Assembly: GCA_964016885.1 (NCBI GenBank)
Contig: OZ024743.1
Location: forward strand, 276,396,001-276,460,000
DNA: 64,000 bases
Origin: Eledone cirrhosa
Taxonomy: Eukaryota
Reading direction: 5' to 3'
A model generated the notes under the pieces. The model did not search any database and was not told the DNA's origin. It saw nothing but the letters and a program-made list of their open reading frames with translations. Positions 1 to 10,523 of the stretch are shown piece after piece. Positions within the stretch are counted from its first letter, which is position 1, and every line of letters starts with the position of its first letter. The position numbers were made by a program, and so were the translations under genes.

Positions 1-1419
1 ATGGTGGTGGTGGTGATTGTGGTTGTGGTTGTGGCTGTAGTAATGGAGGTGATGGCAAAGATGGTGAAGGTGATTTAGAGTGGCGCTCTTCGTTGTGGTA
101 GGTTGTGTGGTTATGGTGGTGATGGTGATTGTGGTTGTGGCTGTAGTAATGGAGGTGATGGCAAAGATGGTGAAAGTGATTTAGAGTGGCGCTCTTCGTT
201 GTGGTAGGTTGTGTGGTTATGGTGGTGGTGGTGATTGTGGTTGTGGCTGTAGTAATGGAGGTGATGGCAAAGATGGTGAAGGTGATTTAGAGTGGCGCTC
301 TTCGTTGTGGTAGGTTGTGTGGTTATGGTGGGCATGGTGGTGATTGTGGTTGTGGTTGTGGTTGTAGTAATGGAGGTGATGGCAAAGATGGTGAAAGTGA
401 TTTAGAGTGGCGCTCTTCGTTGTGGTAGGTTGTGTGGTTATGGTGGTGGTGGTGATTGTGGTTGTGGCTGTAGTAATGGAGGTGATGGCAAAGATGGTGA
501 AGGTGATTTAGAGTGGCGCTCTTCGTTGTGGTAGGTTGTGTGGTTATGGTGGTGATTGTGGTTGTGGTTGTGGTTGTAGTAATGGAGGTGATGGCAAAGA
601 TGGTGAAGGTGATTTAGAGTGGTACTCTTCGTTGTGGTAGGTTGTGTGGGCATGGTGGTGATTGTGGTTGTGGTTGTGGTTGTAGTAATGGAGGTGATGG
701 CAAAGATGGTGAAGGTGATTTAGAGTGGTACTCTTCGTTGTGGTAGGTTGTGTGGTTATGGTGGTGGTGGTGGTGATTGTGGTTGTGGCTGTAGTAATGG
801 AGGTGATGGCAAAGATGGTGAAGGTGATTTAGAGTGGTACTCTTCGTTGTGGTAGGTTGTGTGGGCATGGTGGTGATTGTGGTTGTGGTTGTGGCTGTAG
901 TAATGGAGGTGATGGCAAAGATGGTGAAGGTGATTTAGAGTGGTACTCTTCGTTGTGGTAGGTTGTGTGGTTATGGTGGTGGTGGTGGTGATTGTGGTTG
1001 TGGCTGTAGTAATGGAGGTGATGGCAAAGATGGTGAAGGTGATTTAGAGTGGTACTCTTCGTTGTGGTAGGTTGTGTGGTTATGGTGGTGGTGGTGGTGA
1101 TTGTGGTTGTGGCTGTAGTAATGGAGGTGATGGCAAAGATGGTGAAAGTGATTTAGAGTGGTACTCTTCGTTGTGGTAGGTTGTGTGGTTATGGTGGTGG
1201 TGGTGATTGTGGTTGTGGCTGTAGTAATGGAGGTGATGGCAAAGATGGTGAAAGTGATTTAGAGTGGCGCTCTTCGTTGTGGTAGGTTGTGTGGTTATGG
1301 TGGTGGTGGTGATTGTGGTTGTGGCTGTAGTAATGGAGGTGATGGCAAAGATGGTGAAGGTTATTTAGAGTGGTACTCTTCGTTGTGGTAGGTTGTGTGG
1401 TTATGGTGGTGGTGGTGGT
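1..1419. repeat. Tandem minisatellite, ~105-115 bp G/T-rich unit, ~13 copies (runs off window start)
   Basis: Repeated unit atggtggtggtgattgtggttgtggctgtagtaatggaggtgatggcaaagatggtgaaggtgatttagagtgg(cg/ta)ctcttcgttgtggtaggttgtgtggtt. Confidence 0.95.
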
Positions 1420-1689
1420 ATCCGTTGGTAACTGACAGAGCAGTAGAAAAAGATATATAGACTGTGAATACACATATACACACACGCATCTACACACATA
1501 AACCCACATACACATGCATCTACACACATACATACACACTCACACATTAACACATGCACACAATTATACACACACATACATATATAGAGTAAAATAAAAA
1601 AAAGCGAGTTTGATTCAGTGATAGAATGAGTTTTGATAAACGTGGTGGTCTAAACTCTTTTAAGCTACTATACGTGTGTCTGTGTCGTG

Positions 1690-1697
1690 TGTATATC

Positions 1698-1771
<74 letters not shown>

Positions 1772-1777
1772 GTATAT

Positions 1778-1810
<33 letters not shown>

Positions 1811-1935
1811 CAAACATATATATATATATACATACATACACACACACACACACACGCGCGCGCGCATGCGCATATATATATATACAAACATATATATATA
1901 CATACATACACACACACACACGCGCGCGCGCGCAT

Positions 1936-1980
<45 letters not shown>

Positions 1981-1991
1981 CACACGCATGC

Positions 1992-2026
<35 letters not shown>

Positions 2027-2044
2027 CAGATATCTATATGTATG

Positions 2045-2093
<49 letters not shown>

Positions 2094-2102
2094 GGATATA
2101 TC

Positions 2103-2180
<78 letters not shown>

Positions 2181-2235
2181 TACGGATATCTATATGTGTA
2201 TATATATATATATATGCATGCGTGTGTATGTGTGT
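1690..2235. repeat. Compound (TA)n/(CA)n/(CG)n microsatellite block
   Basis: Direct inspection. Confidence 0.95.
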
Positions 2236-2529
2236 GCTATTGTTTCGGCGGATATGGTGAATGCTATGCTGCGGGAAAGAATGGTAGCAAAAAAAAGATA
2301 TATATATATATAAAAATAAAAATAATTAAATAAATAAAATTAAAAAGAAACAAAAACAAAAAAGAATACAAAACAAAAATATAGTCAAAAGAAAAGAAAT
2401 CATGTACAGTTTTTTTTTTTTTTTTTAGTAAAGTAGAAGGAATCGGCCAAGGCGTGTTGATGTGAGTGTGTTTATTTAGTAGTGTCTCACTTTATTACGT
2501 GACATTCACACCGAGTGGAGACATCATTA

Positions 2530-2770
2530 GGAAGAAGAAGATGATGAAGATAAAGATGAAGATGAAAGACGAGGCAGAAGAAAAAAATGAAGAAGGTAGT
2601 AGAAGAAGGAGAAGAAGAAGAAATGGAAGAAGAAGAAGACGAAGAAGAAGAAGAAATGGAAAAAGAAGAAATGGAAGAAGAAGAAAAGTAGAAAAAGAAG
2701 GAATGTATGTGAACGGGAGAAAGAAAAGCAGGGAGAGAAAGAAAGAAATAGAGGGAAATAGAGAGGAGAA
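2530..2770. repeat. (GAA)n / purine-rich low-complexity tract
   Basis: Direct inspection. Confidence 0.9.
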
Positions 2771-3087
2771 ATAAAATGCCGATTTAACTAAAGTTAACAA
2801 AACTAAAGGCATACGACATGCATATACATAGAGAAAAGTGAATAAAACGACAACAACAACAACATAACAATGATGACGACAACGATGACGACGATTAACA
2901 AAGAACAACGAAGAGATAATTACGAAAAATATAAATTTTATAAAAGAAACAGAACGAAACGAAACGAAACAAGAAAAATTACAAAACAAACCATTAAAAA
3001 AAAAATGAAAATGGAGAACAAGAGATTTTTTTATGCATATTACCGCTGTTCTTGTAATATTTATGCATGCACGCATATGTATATATA

Positions 3088-3128
<41 letters not shown>

Positions 3129-3138
3129 GCACACACAC

Positions 3139-3196
<58 letters not shown>

Positions 3197-4037
3197 GATG
3201 TCTATAGATACATAGGCATACACATACATACACACAAATACACACACACACACACACATATATATATACTACTGTTGTTTTCTACGTGTTTAGGTCCTTA
3301 AAACTGCGCACAAGTAACATTTTCTTTTCCAGAATCACTCATTATTTTTACCCCAAGCATTCAATCGAATTTATATTTGCCAAATTATAGCCTCGTTTTA
3401 ATAATCTCTTCCAATGTCTCTCCCTAACGTTTTATATCATTCGGTAATTGTTCCCTCTTGATCATATTCAACGATGCTAATGTACAAATGTGAGGTCAGT
3501 GTTCTGCCGTGGTGAGATAGATGAGTGGATGGATGGATGTGATTCCTACTAAAGAAATAAGGTGAGGAATATTTTCCTCCTCCTTCTCTCTCTCACCCAT
3601 CTCATCAACGTTTATATTTCTTCGTTTAACAATTTTAATTATTCAATTAACTATTATTTTATGTTTCATTTAGGCGTCTGTATGACCGTTTGGCGATTTA
3701 CTACCCATTTGCCCCTCTTTAAATATGTCATTTTTTTCTGATTTTGTTTCTGTTAAAAGAGATGTGGTTCGAAATTATACGACAAGCTTATGATAGTGCC
3801 AGAGTCAGTGTCAGTACAGTTGTGCTTAGTATCCAGTCACTCCCGTCACACCCGGCCATGAAGCATATTTTACAGGCTAGATTAGTAAAAAAAACGTAAG
3901 ATTTTTCTAATGTTCAACATATGATACTGTTTTTGTCATCTAAGTTTCAACGGTAGTGTTGTTTCTTTCCTAGAAACCAGCTCTTTCTTTACAAGAAGAA
4001 TTCGAATAATTATTAACGGAACATACATACATAGATC

Positions 4038-4094
<57 letters not shown>

Positions 4095-4169
4095 CAAATT
4101 TATACGGGAACAAAACAGAGAGGCAGACAAATAAAGGTTTATTAGGTTCACGCTTTTGAGAGGGGGGAC

Positions 4170-4207
4170 GACGACGACGTTTCGGGCATAAGCCCTTCTT
4201 CGGGAGT
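4170..4207 (-). ncRNA. Degenerate minimal hammerhead ribozyme at PLE 3' end
   Basis: Minus: cCGAAGA-a-gggc-ttat-gccc-GAAAC-GUC; U4->C change, palindromic stem III (ACGU), stem I poorly paired. Confidence 0.6.
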
Positions 4208-5649
4208 AAATAGGTTAGGAAGAGAGTTCAGAGGGTGTGTGGAAATACATTTAGAAAAAAGGGGGGAAGGAGAACAAATAAAAATAAAAATAAACGTAAA
4301 ATTAAACATAAGAATAAACAATAAGATGAACAAGTGGTGGAAGGGTGTGAGGCGTGTAAGGGTTGTGGTGGGTGGATTTGGGAGAGGGAGGCGGGGGGTC
4401 GAAGCGGGGAAGGCTGAAGGTGGTGTTTGTGTATGTGTGTAGGTGTACGTGAGTGTGTGTGCGTGTGTATGTGAGAGTTTGAGGAAGAACGAGGTTCCAT
4501 GTTCAGGAAAAGGTGTGTGCGTGGAGTGGGGAGTAAGTAGGCGTGTGCGTGCGTGTGGAAGGTGAGGAGTCAGGGGGTGACGTGTGCATTCCGGAGGTTG
4601 AGTGTGTATATGTAGGGGTACGCACGTGTGTATTTGTGTTTATATGTGGTGTGGATGTGGGTGGCGTGGTGCGAAAAAAAATGTGAGTGTATGTTCGTGG
4701 GTAAGTTCCTGGGGTAGTTCCGTCGGATGTGTGAAGGGGTGCTGGATATTTTTCAAGTTATGGAGTGGATGGCTGGAGAAGTGCCTGGTAGTGTAGAATC
4801 CGATGTTGGTGGTGGTCGGAGGTGGAGGGAAGTGGGGTGCGCGCGCAACAGGAAGTGGTCAGAGGGTCAAGGCAGGGTGAAGAGATAGCAGTAGAGCAGG
4901 ATGAAGAGATAGCAGTCGGGCGGGATGACAGGTAGCGTGAGGTTAGGGTGGTGAGGACTGTGTGTGCGGAGGTGCGGTGGACAGGGGAGAAGTTGAGGAG
5001 GGGGAAGGTGGTGAAGTGGGGCGATGGAGTGTATATTAGTAGAGGTGTGATGTGTGTGCGTGATGTGTGTGCGTGAAGGGGTGTAGGTGGAGCAGGGAGA
5101 GGGAGAGAGAGAGGGCAAGAAGAGGTGTTGGGGACGGAGGAGGGAGTGTAGTGTACTGGTGTGTGTGTGTGCGTGTTTGGATGAGTGTGTGTGTGGTAAA
5201 GGGGGGTGTTAGTGGGTGTTGTAATTGTATGTGTGTGAGTGTGTAAGTAGAGGTTAGTGGTGGTTGGGTGTGTGGAGTGGGTGGTGTACATATGTGTGTG
5301 TGTATGTGTGTGTGTGTGTGATGCTGTGTGTTCGTGTGCGTGGGGTTGGGGGAGTTTAGTGATGTTAGTTGTGGGGTAGTCAGAGTGGATGTGTGGGTGA
5401 AGGTTAGTGGTCGTAGTAGGGTGTGTGGATAGTGTGAGTGCGTGTATATATGTTCAGGTGGGTGTGTGCGTGTTAGGGGGAGGGGTATGGATGTTAGCAT
5501 TGTTAGTTGGGGAGGGCCGAGGGGTGGAGTGGGGGTGTTAGTATTGTTAGTTGTGGGATGGGCGAAGGGGGATTGTGTTGGAAGTGTTAGTGGGGAAAGT
5601 GTGGGGGGAATGGTGGGCGGTCGAAGGCTAAAGGAATAGTAGTGGGGAG

Positions 5650-7860
5650 TTCAGGCCGGGGTGTGTGTGGAGGGTGAAGATGGTGCGTTGTTCGACCGTG
5701 ATGCGGGTGGCGGGTGTTCCATGGCATTGGAGTAGGCCACAGACTGTGAGGTGGTGGGCGGAATGTCCAGGGGAGCGAAAGTGGCGGGCGATCGGGGAAC
5801 TCTCGCCGAGGCGAATATCCCGGAGGTATTCCGTGAAACGGTCCGCCAGGGGACATCCAGTCTGTCCGACGTAGGTTGCGCTGCATTCAGTGCAGCGAAG
5901 TCCATAGACTAGGTTGGAGGAGGTGCAGCGGAAGGCGTGCCGGACAGAGAGAGAGTGGCCGTTGGGACCATGGAAGGTGGTGGTGTTGGTGATGTGGGCG
6001 CAGGTGTGGCAACGGGGCCTGGAGCAGGGAAGTGAACCGGGGGGGGGGGTGAAGAAGAGCGTGGATTGCGGGGAAGGGAGCTGTGGACGAGGAGGGTGCG
6101 GAGATTGCGTGCGCGTTTGAAGGAGGGAGGGGTGGCGAGGGGAAGATGGTGTAAGTGGAGAGGTAGGACTGGAGGCGTAGGAAGAGACGGAGGATGGTGC
6201 GGTGGAGGGTTAGGGTGGATGGGTGGTAGTTGATGGGGAAGGGGAGACGGTGGGTGGGTGTGTGGTGGCGTGGGGTTAGGGCGGTGGAGCGGTGGGCAGC
6301 ACGGGCGCGAGTGAGGGCGGTGTGGACGAGGGAGGGGGTGGGGGATGAAATGGCTCACTAGGGAAAGGTCTTGGGACTCAAAGTCAGCATCTCGGCTGCA
6401 GAGGCGGCGGATCCGGAGGAGTTGGGAGTAGGGAATAGAGTGTTTAGTGTGTGTAGGGTGAGAGGGGGTGAAGTCGAGGTAGGAGTGGGAGTCGGTGGGT
6501 TTGAAGAAGGCGCAGGTGACGAGGGAGCAGTGGGAGGGGTCGATGGCGATGGAGATATCTAAGAAGTGGACGTGGGTGGTGGAGATATAGGTGGTGAAGT
6601 GGAGGGAGGGGTGGAAGGAGCAGAAGAAGGAGAGAAAGGAGTCGAGCTGTTCTCAGTTGAGGGTCGTGGCTCCGATACAGTCGTCGATGTAACGACCGTA
6701 CAGTTCGGGCGTGGGGCCGGTGTACTGGGCAAAGATTTGGGCCTCAACATGGCCAACGAAAAGGTTGGCATAGTTTGGGCCCATTCTTGTGCCCATGGCT
6801 ACCCCCGTGACCTGTTGGTAAAACTCACCCGAGAAGGAGAAGCAGTTGAGGGTGAGGACCAGCTCGGCGAGGCGAATGAGGGTGGAGTGGAGGGGATGGG
6901 CGAGGGGTGAAGGTCGAGGTAGTGCTGGTGGGCACGTAGGCCGTCGGCGTGGGGGATGACAGTATAGAGGGACTGAATATCTAGGGTGAAGAGGAGGGGA
7001 TGTGGGCCGGGTTGGAAAGTGAAGGAGTCGAACAGGCGAAGGGCGTGGTTGGTTTCGGAGATGTGAGAGGGGAGGGTGGTGACGAGGGGGGCGGGGGGCG
7101 AGGATGGAGTCAAGAAAGGCGGAGATGAGTTAGGTGGGGCAGTTGCAAGCAGAGACGATGGGGCGGCCGGGGTTGTCAGGTTTGTGGAGTTTGGGGAGGA
7201 AGTAGATAGTAGGGGTGCGGGGGTGCGGACAATGAGGTGGGAAGCGGTGGGAGGAGGGAGGAGGAGACAAGGTGTTTGATGGTGGAGGAAACTTGTTGTT
7301 GGTAGAGGGGTGTGGGGTCAGAGGGGTGGTATGTGTGTGTGTGTGTGGGTGGGTGGGTCACGGGATGGGCGGGGGTGGGTGGTGGAAGGTGGTGGTGGGG
7401 TGGAGTGAGTGTAGCTTAAGGGCTTTGGTGGAGGTGAGGAAGAGGTCGTGGTTGAGGTTTTGGATGAAGAGGAAGATGGAGTGGGCAAGGAGGGGGTGGC
7501 ATGTGGAGTTAAGGTGGAGGAGGGTGGGGGTGATTTTGTGGTCAAGGTTGCGGATGGTGGAGAGGTAGGAGCGGATGGATTTGTGCATTAGGAGGTGCAA
7601 GGATCGGGTGAGGATACGTTGGGTGGAGGGGGAAGCGGAGGGGGAGGTGTAGAAGTGTAGTCGGAAGCCGAGGGGGATGAGGTGGAGGTGGAGGTGGAGG
7701 CAGCGGCTGAGGAAATGGATATGGTTGGAATGCCGGGTTTTGGCGAAGAGAAGGTTGGAGAGTTGGAGGCCGAAGGGAGATAGCAGGGTGGGAGGAGGGG
7801 GGTGAGGAAAAGTTTGAGACGGGTGTGGAGTTGGTGGAGAAAGGATCTCAGGCTGGGCAT
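5650..7860 (-). pseudogene. Disrupted PLE reverse transcriptase + GIY-YIG endonuclease ORF
   Basis: RT and endonuclease motifs split across frames (ORFs 7358-7978, 6799-7113 and unlisted frames); in-frame stop in CNCPT*LIS. Confidence 0.9.
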
Positions 7861-8032
7861 CGTGGGCGTGGAGTAAAAGCAGGGGGAGAGAGAGAGGCGA
7901 AGGGAAAGGTGTGATGCGTGGGGGGGGGGGACGACGAAGGGGTAACACTGGTGGGATATATCCGTAGTAGTAGAGCACTCAGTCCATGGGACGAGTTCGG
8001 TTGAAATAGTTCCACAGCAGTTAGTTCACCAT

Positions 8033-8075
8033 ACCGAGAACAATTGTTTCACCTTATTCGGATCTTCACCTCGGT
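8033..8075 (-). ncRNA. Minimal type I hammerhead-like motif (C3->G variant)
   Basis: Minus: accgag-gUGAAGA-ucc gaauaa ggu-GAAA-caauug-UU-cucggu; perfect 6-bp stem I, palindromic stem III ACAAUUGU. Confidence 0.65.
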
Positions 8076-8085
8076 TTAAAAATAT

Positions 8086-8089
<4 letters not shown>

Positions 8090-8160
<71 letters not shown>

Positions 8161-8214
8161 AGAGAGAGAGAGGGAGAGAGAAAGGGGGATAGAGAGAGAA
8201 TGAGAGAGAGAGAT

Positions 8215-8269
<55 letters not shown>

Positions 8270-8270
8270 T
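8090..8270. repeat. (GA)n microsatellite
   Basis: Direct inspection. Confidence 0.95.
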
Positions 8271-8304
8271 ACAGGCATGCAATCATACATAATAAATGGA
8301 AGCT

Positions 8305-8568
8305 TTCCGTCGTCTTTCAACAATAGGTACTCCGGTTGATTAAATCAACGGAATTGCCTGCTCATGCAAATGACTTGTGAGTGGCTGAGCATTCCACAGA
8401 CACTTGCATCCTTAACGTAGTCTTCAGGGAGATTCACTGTGACAGACTGTGTGACAAGGCTGGACCCTTGAATTGCAGGTATAATTCATTTTTGCCAGTC
8501 CGAGAACCGAAATCACGACCTTACAATCCTGAGCCGAACATCCTAACCACTAAGCCACGCACCTTCAC
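8305..8568 (-). mobile_element. tRNA-derived SINE (family A, CORE-like), internally deleted; adjacent (CATA)n 8568-8705
   Basis: Minus-strand head gtgaaggtgcgtggcttagtggttaggatgttcggctc (A box); body homologous to 20795-21070 and 60338-60630. Confidence 0.8.
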
Positions 8569-9048
8569 ATACATACATACATACATACCTACATACATAC
8601 ATACATACATACACACATACATACATACATACATACATACATACATACATACATACATACATACATACATACATACGTACGTACATACATACATGCATAC
8701 ATACAATGGGAGACTGGGTCTAAAAATATTGGTTGCCAGGAGATGAAGAGGGCCCACCTATATATAGAATGCTATCATTTAATTTTTATAATGAATAAAT
8801 AACATTTCCGAAAAAAACAGTGCAATCAAATTTTATATACATATATTATTTGTTTGCTAAAATAATCAAATTATTCAACAGTTAAACACACATAAGAATA
8901 ATAAGGTTGTTTCCAAAGAGCCAGAAGTTTGACAAGTTGACCCTTAATATGACTAAGAGCTCTAGGCAAGCTATGAACTGAACGACACCACGTCTTTTTA
9001 ACTTTGATTTTGAAAGTAGGTTCATAATTATCAATGTTCAACATACAT

Positions 9049-9272
9049 GCGTAGCTGTCTCGGTGACCTAGTTGGAGGAATCAGACGATGGTGATCCTGG
9101 TCTGAAGTTCGATCCTGGTCGGGAGTAGTGTTCCCGGTAAACCTTTTTAGTTTTTTCTATTTGTTGTAAAATAAAAACTGAAAAAGTTTGCATGTACCCT
9201 TTGACACGGATTGAACCCAAGGCCAGGATCTCCACCGTCTCTAGTACCTACCGCTACAGAGACAACTGCGAA
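9049..9272. mobile_element. Pair of short tRNA-like SINEs in tail-to-tail orientation
   Basis: Plus copy gtagctgtctcggtg...ggtgatcctggtctgaagttcgatcc; minus copy gcagttgtctctgtag...ggagatcctggccttgggttcaatcc; both with B box and T-rich ends. Confidence 0.6.
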
Positions 9273-9399
9273 AATCTTATGAAAATTCATACTTATAAAC
9301 CTACTTTCAAAATTTTCAGAACAAAGTGTTGTGGTGCCGTTCATGTCTTTCTTAATGTTATTGCTCCTACTTAAGGTCGACTTCTAAATAATTTGGGTA

Positions 9400-10520
9400 T
9401 TCCATAAACTACATCCTTGTTTTGTTTCACATCTATCTAGACTAAAAGTAATACATATAAACATACACATACCAACCATAATTAAATATGGAATGATACG
9501 CCATCCCCCCCCCCACACACAGCCCCGGCAGTCAGAATGGAGAAGGCGTTTCTCCGGAGGACGGCAAGAGAGACGCGCTGGAATAGCCACTCCAACTCGC
9601 GGGATTCACACCTGCGGCTGGCCAGCTCAGCGCCTATGGTGGTGAGTAGGGAGGTAGCCGAGGACACCAGAAGTCTCCACTGCCAGGGGTACAACCGCAA
9701 ACCTGTCGGAGAGCGACCGGTATTTGAGGAGTTTAGCCTCCTCAGCCCGATGTGCAGCAGAACCCGGGTTAATCGCAGACTGCATCAGGTTGCGGCTGCA
9801 GAAAGTGTCGGTGCAAGTGGCATCCCAGACGAGTGGTTTGCCACCGCGGAACGGGAAGATGGTCATGCCATCTGGCCTTTTGCCGTCCCCTCGGTCCAGC
9901 CCTACCGGATCGAGCTGGGAAGGGAAGCCTGCAGCGTCCATGCCATGCTTTATGACCTCGTTGACGGCAGCATGGCGTGGAAGGCGGCCGGCACTGTGGC
10001 GACAGGAAAGCGAGTGGAGGCCGAAAGGGTCCACGGTGGATCCGCAGCGACATTGGTGTGGCTGGCAGATCCGGAGGCCGAGCCTCAAGGAAACGCCAAT
10101 GCGCAGGCTATTATTATCTAGCTGCGTGCCAGTGGAGAAGGAGGGCAGGGCATGGAGCCAGGCACCACTGTGGGGTTTGGAGGCCGCACGAAAACAGGCA
10201 AGGCGGTGCTGGTCGAGCTGGCGCGTGAGCCTATCTGAGGCCAGGCTGCACTGGATGGCATCCCAAGTGCTTTGGAGGGACTTGACGTCAATAGGGGGAG
10301 AAGGAGGAGGGACGTCTACTGGGCTGAGTCCCAGTCGGTCACACGTCTCACAGGCGGCCTCACGTTCTCTGAACACAGAGGGTTCTATTGTGTTTAGAAG
10401 AACCCTGCTGACGATGACGCGGCACAAAGTTACCGACAAAAGATACGCCGGCAAAGCCAGTGAGATCGGTGACCGGAGGCCAAGACCACCATACATGACA
10501 GGTAAAGTCGCTTGTTGATG
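9400..10520 (-). mobile_element. CRE-clade non-LTR retrotransposon, 5'-truncated (RT thumb + zinc knuckle + restriction-like endonuclease)
   Basis: ORF 9627-10532: QATLPVMYGGLGLR, SGAWLHALP, LRLG, CRCG...HSLSC, RHAAVN, KRPDG, WDATC, K..KY, PLAVETSGVLG; frameshifted end WLFQRVSLAVLRRNAFSIL. Confidence 0.88.
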
Positions 10521-10523
10521 ACG

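Larger units (their letters stand above)
4092..7936 (-). mobile_element. Penelope-like retroelement (Neptune-type), decayed near-full-length copy with long C/A-rich 3' UTR and 3' HHR-like motif
   Basis: Minus-strand frames give PRTPTIYFLPKLHKPDNPGRPIVSAC, LFTLDIQSLYTVIPH, FYQQVTGVAMGTRMGPNYANLF, RYIDDCIG (~6680), Cys linker CSRPRCHTC (~6010) and GIY-YIG VYGLRCTECSATYVGQTG...LN (~5650-5910); stops and frameshifts present. Confidence 0.92.

Noticed and set aside
111-1539. His/Pro-rich ORFs in the tandem repeat
   Set aside because: Unit length varies and frames are broken by stops; no coding signature
1547-3301. Long YI/HT/CV-repeat ORFs (also at 28.7, 43.5, 49-55 and 61 kb)
   Set aside because: Translations of (TA)n/(CA)n microsatellites, not genes
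8490-8568. tRNA-like sequences (also 20990-21060, 42830-42900, 60338-60400)
   Set aside because: SINE heads with degenerate cloverleaf, attached to SINE bodies
9537-10518. Plus-strand 194-aa and 264-aa ORFs
   Set aside because: Antisense shadows of the GC-rich CRE ORF
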